From an uncultured Caulobacteraceae bacterium (lineage in GTDB: Bacteria > Pseudomonadota > Alphaproteobacteria > Caulobacterales > Caulobacteraceae): a stretch of 49,728 nt of DNA. The DNA lies in assembly GCA_964600375.1 (NCBI GenBank), contig CAZRKY010000001.1:1-49728 (forward strand), given 5' to 3'. Of the stretch, positions 8,882-17,232 are shown one piece after another (positions within the stretch are counted from its first letter, which is position 1; every line of letters starts with the position of its first letter). The notes under the pieces were generated by a model that searched no databases, was not told the DNA's origin, and saw only the letters and a program-made list of their open reading frames with translations. Both the position numbers and the translations under genes were made by a program.

Positions 8882-9517
8882 TCAGCGTCCCTGCTGCATG
8901 GCGTCGCGGATAAGCTTGGCCGTCTGCTCCGGCGAAAGCCCGTAAGGCAATGGTGCGGCGAAGGCGCCGTCCGGTCTCATGAGATAGGCGACGGTGGAGT
9001 GATCCATCAGATAGTCGTCGCCTTCGCCCTTGCGGGCGTAGAAAACCTTGTAGGCCTTCGCGGCCGCCGAAACCTGGGCCTCGGTTCCCGTCAGACCCAC
9101 GGCCCCTCGCAAGCCGACGCTGTCGAGGTAGGCCTTCATCGACGCCGGCGTGTCGCGGGCCGGATCGACGGTGATGAAGACGACCTGCAGCGCCTCGCCT
9201 TGCGGACCCAGCAGCTGCCGGGTGGCCGCTAGGGTCTGGAGCGTGGTGGGGCAGACGTCGGGGCAGTAGGTGTAGCCGAAGAAGACCACGCTCCACTTCC
9301 CGGACAGAATGCGTTGGTCGCGGGCCACGCCGTTCTGGTCGACCAGCGAGAAGGGTCCGCCGATGTCCGGACGGCCGGTCGAGCGGACGGCGCCGGAAAC
9401 GCCGGCGTCGCTGACGGCGCCCAGCGGCCGGTCCTGCGTTATCTTCCAGGCGATGCCGCCGATGACGACTGCGGCCAGAAGACAAAGGGCTGAGACGATG
9501 ACGGGAAGACGGCTCAC
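8882..9517 (-). CDS. senC: SCO1/SenC family copper chaperone (thioredoxin fold)
   Basis: 211 aa with an N-terminal membrane anchor, a CPDVCP (CxxxC) motif and a downstream DHS motif. Divergent from regB, as in classic senC/regBA loci. Confidence 0.9.
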   Translation of the reverse strand: MSRLPVIVSALCLLAAVVIGGIAWKITQDRPLGAVSDAGVSGAVRSTGRPDIGGPFSLVDQNGVARDQRILSGKWSVVFFGYTYCPDVCPTTLQTLAATRQLLGPQGEALQVVFITVDPARDTPASMKAYLDSVGLRGAVGLTGTEAQVSAAAKAYKVFYARKGEGDDYLMDHSTVAYLMRPDGAFAAPLPYGLSPEQTAKLIRDAMQQGR

Positions 9518-9582
9518 TGGAAACTCCGCGGAAGTGGACGCGCGCCGTCGCTTGCCGGGCGCGGGGCCTGTATAGGCGAGCT

Positions 9583-10950
9583 ATGACGCCGTCCCAACCG
9601 TCAGAAAGCGAAAAGCTCCAGATCGGGCCCCGGGCCCCGCCGGCCCTGGAATGGGACGCGCCGCTCGAGCGCCGCGGGCGGCTGCGGCTGCAGACCCTGC
9701 TGCTGTTGCGCTGGATCGCCCTTATCGGCCAGCTGACCATCGTGCTCTTCGAGGGGTTTGTCCTCGATGTGCCCATGCCCTGGCTGCTTTGCATGCCGGT
9801 CATCGTCGCGGGCGCGGCCTTCAACCTGGCGATCGGGTTCGCGAACCGGGGCCGCAATCTGGCCGGCGATTCCGAGGCCGCCGCCCAGCTCAGCTTCGAC
9901 GTGGTCCAGTATGGGGCGCTGCTCTTCGCCCTGGGCGGGCTGAACAACCCGTTCACTGTGCTGCTCATCGCGCCCCCGGCGGTGGCGGCTGCAACCCTGT
10001 CGACGCGGCGCATGCTGGTAGTGGCTTCACTGGCGATCGTCACCGCCCTGGTGCTGTGGGCGTCACCCACGCCGCTGCCGTGGGCGGGCACGGAGGCAGC
10101 GCCGTTCCTGCCGGCCTCCTACAAGGCCGGACGCGCCATCGCGCTGATCCTGGGAATCGTCTTCACGACCGGATACGCGTGGCATGCCGCGGCGGAGGCG
10201 GCGCGGATGGAGTTGGCGCTGGCGGTCACCGAAGCGGTGCTCGCGCGGGAACAGCGGCTGTCGGCCCTGGGTGGCCTCGCGGCCGCGGCGGCCCACGAAC
10301 TGGGAACGCCGCTCGCCACCATCCAGGTCGTGGCCAAGGAGTTGCTGCGTTCTTCCCCTCCGGACGACCCGGTTGGGGAGGACGCGCGATTGCTGCTGCA
10401 GCAGGCCCAGCGCTGTCGTGACATCCTCAAGAGCCTCTCCGAGCGGAGCGAGGACGGCGACGCGGTCTACGCCCGACTTGGCCTTGCCCAGTTGCTGAAC
10501 GAGATTGTCGAGCCCTACCGCAAACTGGGGCCGCGGTTTGTCACGGCGGTCGAAGGCCCGCCGGGCGACTTTGTCCCCGACGTGCGGCGCCTCCCCGAGA
10601 TGGTGCACGCCTTCGCCGCCTTCGCCGAGAACGCGGCCGACTTCGCGCTCGACGAGGTCCGGGTCAGCGCCCGCTTCGACGAGAAGTCCATCGTCATTGA
10701 AACGCGGGACGACGGACCCGGGTTTGCGCCCGAGATCATCGCCAAGCTGGGAGAGCCCTACGTCACCTCGCGGCCCGCGGGCGAAGACTCCCCCTCCCAC
10801 CATCAGGGCATGGGTCTCGGCGTCTTCATCGCCAAGACGCTGCTGGAACGCGCCGGCGCGAAGGTGTCATTCGGCAACGATGAGGCCTACGGCGGAGCGG
10901 TGGTGACGGTTTCCTGGCCGAGGGAGATCATCGAAGCGCCAAGCGTTTGA
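9583..10950 (+). CDS. regB: redox-sensing histidine kinase RegB/PrrB/ActS
   Basis: 455 aa and multi-TM. Quinone-site heptapeptide GGLNNPF (GGxxNPF), H-box AAAAHELGTPLATI, and a conserved Cys in QRCRDIL. Followed by regA. Confidence 0.9.
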   Translation: MTPSQPSESEKLQIGPRAPPALEWDAPLERRGRLRLQTLLLLRWIALIGQLTIVLFEGFVLDVPMPWLLCMPVIVAGAAFNLAIGFANRGRNLAGDSEAAAQLSFDVVQYGALLFALGGLNNPFTVLLIAPPAVAAATLSTRRMLVVASLAIVTALVLWASPTPLPWAGTEAAPFLPASYKAGRAIALILGIVFTTGYAWHAAAEAARMELALAVTEAVLAREQRLSALGGLAAAAAHELGTPLATIQVVAKELLRSSPPDDPVGEDARLLLQQAQRCRDILKSLSERSEDGDAVYARLGLAQLLNEIVEPYRKLGPRFVTAVEGPPGDFVPDVRRLPEMVHAFAAFAENAADFALDEVRVSARFDEKSIVIETRDDGPGFAPEIIAKLGEPYVTSRPAGEDSPSHHQGMGLGVFIAKTLLERAGAKVSFGNDEAYGGAVVTVSWPREIIEAPSV

Positions 10951-11021
10951 CAATCATAACTTGAACCGAACACGGCACAGGCGATTATACAACTCGGCTG
11001 AACGCGTTCAGGGAACACCAA

Positions 11022-11600
11022 ATGACCGACAGCGCCGCCTTCGCCTCGATCGCCGATGAGGCCATCGCCGCCTTGCCCGACAAGAGCCTCATGGTGATGG
11101 ACGATGACGCGCCGCTGCGGACACGACTGGGCCGCGCGCTGGAGGCCCGGGGCTTCGTCGTCACGCTGGTGGGCTCGATAGCGGAAGCCATCGAGGCCCT
11201 TCGCTCGTCCCCCCCCGCCTTCGCCGTACTCGACATGCGGCTTGAGGACGGCAACGGGCTGAAGGTCGTTGAGGCGCTGCGTGAACAGCGCCCGGACAGC
11301 CGGGCGGTAATGCTCACCGGCTACGGCGCCATCGCCACCGCCGTTGCGGCCGTGAAGGCCGGCGCCGCCGACTACCTGTCCAAACCGGCTGACGCCGACG
11401 ATGTGGTGAAGGCGTTGCTGGCGCTGAAAGACGAGACCCCGGCGCCGCCGGAAAACCCCATGTCCGCTGACCGCGTGCGCTGGGAGCACATCCAGCGGGT
11501 CTACGAACTCTGCGGCCACAATGTCTCCGAGACCGCGCGGCGCCTGAACATGCACCGACGGACGCTGCAGCGGATCCTGGCCTATCGCGCGCCGAAATAG
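11022..11600 (+). CDS. regA: response regulator RegA/PrrA/ActR (receiver + Fis-type HTH)
   Basis: 192 aa. Receiver domain (VMDDD...DMRLEDGNG...) and a C-terminal HTH (NVSETARRLNMHRRTLQRIL) characteristic of RegA. Confidence 0.92.
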   Translation: MTDSAAFASIADEAIAALPDKSLMVMDDDAPLRTRLGRALEARGFVVTLVGSIAEAIEALRSSPPAFAVLDMRLEDGNGLKVVEALREQRPDSRAVMLTGYGAIATAVAAVKAGAADYLSKPADADDVVKALLALKDETPAPPENPMSADRVRWEHIQRVYELCGHNVSETARRLNMHRRTLQRILAYRAPK

Positions 11601-11686
11601 GCCCCACCGGCGAAATCTCCAGCGCGCTCGTCGCCTGATGCGATCTTGAGCTTGTGTGCCGCCGGGGCGCGGGTCAGGGTTGTGGG

Positions 11687-12106
11687 ATGATCGCTCTCCT
11701 CCTCGCCCTTGGCCTTGGCGCCCCTGCTGCGGCGGCGACGCCTGCTCCCGCCGAACGCTGCATGGCCATGGTCGCCGAGGGCGACAATGTCCGGCTGGTC
11801 GAGACGCCGCGCTTCACCCTGCTGAACGGACCGCTCACCCTGGTGCTGCCGGACGTGGGCGCCACGATCTCGGGGATCGAGTGCATCCGGTCCGACATCG
11901 TGCCGGCGGCGGGCGACATCCGGCTGCTGGTGCAGCATGGCCTTCCCCTGTTCATCGTGGAGGGCCAGCGGGTGCTGCTACTCTCGATTCCCGAAGGCCA
12001 GGTGCAGGCCCAGATGATGCGCGGGGCCCTGAGCGAAGACGAACGCACGCGCGTGCTGGCCAGGCTGGCGGAGTACGAGACCCAGGCCGCGGCCTCCGCG
12101 CGCTAG
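11687..12106 (+). CDS. hypothetical secreted protein
   Basis: ATG at 11687 gives MIALLLALGLGAPAAAA, a signal-peptide-like start. The track ORF starts at a GTG at 11654. No recognisable domain. Confidence 0.5.
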   Translation: MIALLLALGLGAPAAAATPAPAERCMAMVAEGDNVRLVETPRFTLLNGPLTLVLPDVGATISGIECIRSDIVPAAGDIRLLVQHGLPLFIVEGQRVLLLSIPEGQVQAQMMRGALSEDERTRVLARLAEYETQAAASAR

Positions 12107-13614
12107 AGGACCTGCTGGGCCAGGGCGCCCGCCGCCAGCAGCACCGCCAGGATGCCGGCGCCCAGCGCCCATCCGATCAGGGGATCGCGCGGCTGCTGCA
12201 CGACCACCGGGGCCTGCGGGGTCTCGGCCAGCCGAACGATGGCGCGGGCCGCGTTGATGATCTGGTCGATCGCGTCCTTCGCCTTGTTGATCGGGGACAG
12301 CTCGCGCGTCATCCAGCGTTCGACCACCGGCTTGGCCGCGGCCCACAGGTCATTGTCCGGATCGATGCGGCGGGCGACGCCCTCGACCGTCACCATGGTC
12401 TTTTGCAGCAGCACCAGTTCCGGGCGCAGGTGCATGTCGAACAGGGCGGTGATCTCGAACAGCTGACCCAGCAGGCGGCCCATGGACACCTCGGACGCGG
12501 GGCGGCCGATCACCGGCTCGCCGACCGAGCGCAGGGCCTGGGCGAACAGCTCCATAGACTGGCCGGCGGGCACGTAACCGGCGTCGAAGTGGGCCTTGGC
12601 GACCTGGACGTAGTCGCGATTGATGAAGCCCCACAGGATCTCGGCGAGATAGCGCCGCTCGTCCTTTGACAGCCGCCCGATGATTCCGAAGTCCACCGCC
12701 ACCAGCTTGTCCGGCGGGGTGACGAACAGGTTCCCCTCATGCAGGTCGGCGTGGAAGACCCCGTGGTCCAGGGCCTGGGACAGGAAGGCGCGCACGACGT
12801 TGTCGGCGAGGTTGCGGCGGTCCATGCCGGGCTGACCGGAGGCCGCGGCGTCCGACAGCTTCATGCCGGTCGCCCACTCCAGCGTCAGGCAGCGGCGGCC
12901 GACGCCTTCCCAGACCACAGCCGGCGCGCGCATGTAGTCGTCCTTGGCCATGACCGCGCCCAGCTCGTCGGCGGCGCCGGCCTCCATGCGCATGTCCAGC
13001 TCGAGCAACAGCGAGGTCGCCACCGTCTCGACGAAGGCCTGGGGTTCGAGGCGGCGGGCGACCGGGGCCATGGCGTGGACGATGTCGGCGCCCAAGCGCA
13101 TGACGGCGATGTCGTCGACCACCCGCTTCTCGATCTTCGGCCGCAGGATCTTCACCGCCACGCGGCGACCGTCCCTGAACGTCGCGGCATGGGCCTGGGC
13201 GAGGGATGCGGCCCCGCGGGGCACGTCGTCGAACTCCAGGAACAGGGCGTCGATCGGCTGGCCGAGCGTCGCTTCGATCTCGGCGCGGGCGATGGCGGCG
13301 GGGAAGGGCGGCAGGCGGTCCTTCAGGTGGCCGAGGTCGTTGGCGAACTGCAGGCCGAAGACGTCGGCGCGAGTGGCCAGGACCTGGCCAAGCTTGATGG
13401 CCACGGGCCCCAGCTTTTGCAGGGCACGGGCCACGCGCTCGCCGGGCCGGCCTTCGCTGGCGGCGCGGCCGGCGAACAGGCGCAGAAACCCGGCCAGCCA
13501 GCGGGCGGCGGGGGGCAGGTAGGGGTCGAGTTCGCGCGGCGCCAGGGCGTCGTGGCGGATCAGCACCCAGCCCGCCGCCATCAGTCGCGCGCCCGAGGCG
13601 ATGGGATTGGCCAT
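12103..13614 (-). CDS. ubiB: ubiquinone biosynthesis protein UbiB (ABC1/ADCK kinase-like)
   Basis: 503 aa with an ABC1 domain pattern (KLGQVLATR, VAVKILRP, HADLHEGN) and a C-terminal TM helix. Directly downstream of ubiE. Confidence 0.9.
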   Translation of the reverse strand: MANPIASGARLMAAGWVLIRHDALAPRELDPYLPPAARWLAGFLRLFAGRAASEGRPGERVARALQKLGPVAIKLGQVLATRADVFGLQFANDLGHLKDRLPPFPAAIARAEIEATLGQPIDALFLEFDDVPRGAASLAQAHAATFRDGRRVAVKILRPKIEKRVVDDIAVMRLGADIVHAMAPVARRLEPQAFVETVATSLLLELDMRMEAGAADELGAVMAKDDYMRAPAVVWEGVGRRCLTLEWATGMKLSDAAASGQPGMDRRNLADNVVRAFLSQALDHGVFHADLHEGNLFVTPPDKLVAVDFGIIGRLSKDERRYLAEILWGFINRDYVQVAKAHFDAGYVPAGQSMELFAQALRSVGEPVIGRPASEVSMGRLLGQLFEITALFDMHLRPELVLLQKTMVTVEGVARRIDPDNDLWAAAKPVVERWMTRELSPINKAKDAIDQIINAARAIVRLAETPQAPVVVQQPRDPLIGWALGAGILAVLLAAGALAQQVL

Positions 13615-13622
13615 GGCGCGTC

Positions 13623-14384
13623 CTAGACGGCCCAGCCGTGGTGCAGGGCGACCACGCCGCCGGAGTAGTTGGTGAAGCCGGTCTGTGAGAAACCCGCCTT
13701 GTCCATCATGCCGACCAGGGCCTTCTGGTCGGGGAAACGGCGGATGGACTCGACCAAGTATTGGTAGGAATCGCGGTCGCCGGCGACCAGGCCCCCCAGG
13801 GCCGGGATCACCTTGAAGGAGTAGGCGTCGTAGGCCTTGCGCATGGCGTCGGCGATGGGGCGGGAGAACTCCAGGCAGAGGAACCGGCCGCCGGGCTTCA
13901 GCACCCGGCGCGCCTCGCCCAGCGCCTGCTGCACGTCGGCCACGTTGCGCAGGCCGAAGGAGATGACATAGGCGTCGGCGAAGCCGTCCGGGAGCGGCAG
14001 GGCCATGGCGTCGCCGACGCCCCAGCTGATCTCGGGCTCGCCGCCCCTCTGACGTCCGGCGCGGACCATCTCGGCGTTGTAGTCGAGAAGGCAGACCCGC
14101 AGGTCCGGCCCGCCGCGGCGCTTCTGGACGGCGCGGGCGCGCTTGACCATGCGCCGGGCCATATCGCCGGTGCCGCCGGCGCAGTCGATGATGGTCTCGC
14201 CGGGCCGCGGGTTCAGCCGCGCGATCGCCATGTCTTTCCAGACCCGGTGCACGCCCGCGCTCATCAGGTCGTTCATCAGGTCGTAGCGGTCCGCTACGCG
14301 TTCGAACACGCCGCGCACCAGCGCGACCTTCTCGGTCGCGTCGACATCACGGAATCCAAAGGTGGATTTGGCTTCGCCGGTCAT
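13623..14384 (-). CDS. ubiE: demethylmenaquinone / 2-methoxy-6-polyprenyl-1,4-benzoquinol methyltransferase UbiE
   Basis: SAM motif [10 protein letters not shown] and the UbiE-type N-terminal region ([17 protein letters not shown]). I chose the ATG at 14384. The track start at 14423 adds an Arg-rich extension. Confidence 0.88.
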   Translation of the reverse strand: MTGEAKSTFGFRDVDATEKVALVRGVFERVADRYDLMNDLMSAGVHRVWKDMAIARLNPRPGETIIDCAGGTGDMARRMVKRARAVQKRRGGPDLRVCLLDYNAEMVRAGRQRGGEPEISWGVGDAMALPLPDGFADAYVISFGLRNVADVQQALGEARRVLKPGGRFLCLEFSRPIADAMRKAYDAYSFKVIPALGGLVAGDRDSYQYLVESIRRFPDQKALVGMMDKAGFSQTGFTNYSGGVVALHHGWAV

Positions 14385-14424
14385 GGGCGCGGTTCTACTC
14401 CGCCAGCGGGTGCGGCGCAGCATA

Positions 14425-14457
14425 AAAAGACCGCCCGCGGCAGGCCGCGGGCGGTCA
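14425..14457 (-). terminator. intrinsic terminator downstream of ald
   Basis: On the minus strand: GACCGCCCGCGG-loop-CCGCGGGCGGTC followed by TTTTTAT. Confidence 0.75.
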
Positions 14458-14479
14458 ATGGCGTCGGGTCTGGGAGCGC

Positions 14480-15595
14480 CTACTGCTTCCAGGCCTTGTA
14501 GGGGTCTTCGAAGGCCATCCCCAGGGCTTCGGCGACGGCCGGGTGGGTGATCTTGCCGCCCAGTACGTTGAGGCCGCGCGCCAGGTGCGGGTCCTTTTTC
14601 AGGGCGTCCAGGCCGTTGTTGGCCAGGGCCAGGCCGAAGGGCAGGGTGGCGTTGTTGAGCGCCTCGGACGAGGTGCGCGGCGCGGCGCCCGGCATGTTGG
14701 CCACGCAGTAGTGGACGACGCCGTCGACGACGTAGGTGGGGTCGGCGTGGGTGGTGGCGTGGCTGGTTTCGAAGCAGCCGCCCTGGTCGATGGAAACGTC
14801 CACCAGCACGCTGCCGGGCTTCATGCGCTTGAGGTGTTCCTTCTTGACCAGCTTGGGCGCGGCGGCCCCGGCCGTGAGCACGGCGCCGATGACCACGTCG
14901 GCCTTCATGATCTCCTCCTCGATGGAATCGATGGCCGAATAGCGGGTGAGCACGCGGCCCAGGAAGATGTCGTCGATCTCGCGCATGCGGGGGATGGAAC
15001 GCTCCATCACCACCACTTCGGCGTTCAGGCCCATGGCCATGCGCGCGGCGTTGATGCCGACGACGCCGCCGCCCAGGACGACCACGCGGGCGGGCTGCAC
15101 GCCGGGCACGCCGCAGAGCAAGAGGCCCATGCCGCCGTTGTGCTTGAGCAGGGTCTCGGCGGCCGAGAAGACCGCGATGCGGCCGGCGACTTCGGACATG
15201 GGCGCCAGCAGCGGCAGGCCGCCGCGGGCGTCGGTGACCGTCTCATAGGCGATGGCGGCGCAGCCCGAGGCCAGGAGGCCCTTGGTCTGCTCGGGATCGG
15301 GCGCCAGGTGCAGGTAGGTGAAGAGGATGTGGTCCTTGGTCAGGCGCGCCCACTCGACGGGCTGCGGCTCCTTCACCTTCACGATCATCTGGGCTTCTTT
15401 GAAGATCGCGTCGGCGTCCGGCAGGATCTGGGCGCCGGCCTTGACGTAGACCTGATCGGGGAAGCCGGCGCCGCCGCCGGCGCCCTTCTCGATGAAGACC
15501 TCGTGACCGTTGGCGACGTACTCGCGGACGGCGGTGGGCGTCAGCCCGATGCGGTGTTCGTTCGGCTTGATTTCCTTCGGCACACCCACGCGCAT
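14480..15595 (-). CDS. ald: alanine dehydrogenase
   Basis: 371 aa. N-terminus [20 protein letters not shown] and a Rossmann motif [10 protein letters not shown]. Confidence 0.95.
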   Translation of the reverse strand: MRVGVPKEIKPNEHRIGLTPTAVREYVANGHEVFIEKGAGGGAGFPDQVYVKAGAQILPDADAIFKEAQMIVKVKEPQPVEWARLTKDHILFTYLHLAPDPEQTKGLLASGCAAIAYETVTDARGGLPLLAPMSEVAGRIAVFSAAETLLKHNGGMGLLLCGVPGVQPARVVVLGGGVVGINAARMAMGLNAEVVVMERSIPRMREIDDIFLGRVLTRYSAIDSIEEEIMKADVVIGAVLTAGAAAPKLVKKEHLKRMKPGSVLVDVSIDQGGCFETSHATTHADPTYVVDGVVHYCVANMPGAAPRTSSEALNNATLPFGLALANNGLDALKKDPHLARGLNVLGGKITHPAVAEALGMAFEDPYKAWKQ

Positions 15596-15781
15596 GGGGT
15601 CGTCTCCCTGAGTTCAGTTTCTGGTTGTTCGGTTGGCGCGCCGTTTAGCCCTTCACGCTACGGAAGCCTAGCCCCGAAACGGCGAGCGACCTGTTTTGGC
15701 TGCTGAGCGGCTGACGGGGCGGCAGAGGGCAGTCAAGGGCCGGCTGGCGCGCCGGAAACCCTTGCAGGAAAAGGGGCCTGG

Positions 15782-15799
15782 GTGTTTCACGTGAAACAC
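15782..15799. promoter_or_regulatory. perfect 18-bp palindrome GTGTTTCACGTGAAACAC
   Basis: Read directly. Lies in the ald upstream region, 187 bp from the ald ATG. It contains two GT-N3-AC half sites, a GntR-like operator shape. Confidence 0.45.
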
Positions 15800-15820
15800 G
15801 ACCGGTTCTGTCGTGGCGGG

Positions 15821-15884
15821 GAACAGGGTCAGCAACAGGCCCGGGAACAGGCTTGAACAGGTCCAGCAATCGGCGCCGAACAGG
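15821..15884 (+). repeat. five direct copies of (G)AACAGG with roughly helical spacing
   Basis: Copies start at 15821, 15834, 15845, 15855 and 15878. Non-coding, between the 2-hydroxyacid oxidase stop and the ald promoter region. Confidence 0.85.
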
Positions 15885-15891
15885 ACACCGT

Positions 15892-17052
15892 TCAGACCAG
15901 CAGGGCGCCGCGCGCGTCTGCCAGACTGGAGCAGCCTGACAGGGCGAGGGTCAGGTCCAGCTCGGCGATCAGGTTCCTCAGCACCCCCTCGACTCCGGCC
16001 TGCCCCTTCGCCGCCAGCCCGTAGACCCAGGGCCGGCCGACGCAGACCGCGTCGGCGCCGCGCGCCAGGGCCTTGAAGGCGTCGGCGCCGGTGCGGATGC
16101 CGGAATCGAACAGCACCGGGATGCGCCCGGCCACATGCTCGGCGCAGGCGTCCAACTGGGCGAAGGAGCCGACGGCGCCGTCGACCTGCCGCCCACCGTG
16201 GTTGGAGACGATGATGCCGTCAAAGCCGTGCTCGACCGCCAGGCGCGCGTCGTCCGGGTGCTGGATGCCTTTCAGCAGCACCGGCAGGTCGGTGTGGCGG
16301 CGGATGGTCTTGAGCTTGTCCCAGCTGAGGCTGGGGTCCGAGAAGATCTGGGTGAACAGGGCCGCGGCGGCCAGGGGGTTCTTCTCCGGCGGCTCGGCCA
16401 GCAGCGAGCGGAAGACCGGGTCGGAGGTGTACTGGGCGATGCCCTCGCCCTTGAGGAAGGGCAGGTGGGCTTGGTCGAGGTCGCGGCAGCGCCAGCCCAG
16501 GATGGTGGTGTCGAGCGTGATGACGATGGCCTCGCAGCCGGCCGTCTCGGCGCGCTTGACCAGCGACGCCACCAGCGCGTCCGACCGGCCCCAGTAGAGC
16601 TGGAACCACTTCGGACCTGGAGAAGCCGCGGCGATCTCCTCCATCGGGAACGAGGCCTGGTTGGAGATGATCATCGGCACGCCAGCCGCGGCCGCGCCGC
16701 GGGCCACGGCCAGGTCGGCGTCGGGGTGGGCGAGCGACATGACGCCGATCGGGCAGGTCAGGAACGGCGCCGCCAGCTTGCGGCCGAACAGGGTGGTGGA
16801 CAGGTCGCGGCTGGAACAGTCGATGGCCATGCGCGGCACGATCCGCAGGGCGTCCAGCGAGGCGCGATTGGCATGGTCGGTGGTCTCGCGTCCGGCGCCT
16901 CCGGCGATATAGGCCCAGGCCTCCTCCGACAGGGCCTCGCGCGCCATCCGCTCCAGGGCGGCGACGTCGAAGGGAAGCTCCGGCTTGCTGCCCTGCAGGC
17001 CCCGCAGATAGGTCTCGCCCTGACGGGCCGGGCCGGGTCCGATTTCGCTCAT
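15892..17052 (-). CDS. FMN-dependent alpha-hydroxy acid oxidase/dehydrogenase (lactate 2-monooxygenase / LldD-like)
   Basis: 386 aa from the ATG at 17052 (MSEIGPG...). Motifs SNHGGRQ and GADAVCVGRP. The remainder of the 1725-aa track ORF upstream is an antisense artefact of the A2M gene. Confidence 0.85.
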   Translation of the reverse strand: MSEIGPGPARQGETYLRGLQGSKPELPFDVAALERMAREALSEEAWAYIAGGAGRETTDHANRASLDALRIVPRMAIDCSSRDLSTTLFGRKLAAPFLTCPIGVMSLAHPDADLAVARGAAAAGVPMIISNQASFPMEEIAAASPGPKWFQLYWGRSDALVASLVKRAETAGCEAIVITLDTTILGWRCRDLDQAHLPFLKGEGIAQYTSDPVFRSLLAEPPEKNPLAAAALFTQIFSDPSLSWDKLKTIRRHTDLPVLLKGIQHPDDARLAVEHGFDGIIVSNHGGRQVDGAVGSFAQLDACAEHVAGRIPVLFDSGIRTGADAFKALARGADAVCVGRPWVYGLAAKGQAGVEGVLRNLIAELDLTLALSGCSSLADARGALLV

Positions 17053-17232
17053 GACAGTCCCCTTGCGAGGGGCAATGGCTAAGCCGTGACGCGGCCGCGC
17101 GCAACCGCCTCGCGGGCCGCCGGCCTCGGGCGGAAACCTGCAGGCGTAACTATATTTTTCCCAGGGCCGCCCGACCGATTGACCGGATAACAGGGTTACG
17201 CTTCTCTCAGCCATTCGGTGGGAGAGACGACG

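Noticed and set aside
17180-17200. ATAACAGGGT upstream of the A2M gene as another member of the ACAGGGA motif family (it also resembles part of a homing-endonuclease site)
   Set aside because: It is a single isolated copy. GGAACAGGG-like strings also occur singly inside coding regions (for example near 12437, 13238 and 42748), so single hits are expected by chance or codon usage. Only the clustered arrays are reported.
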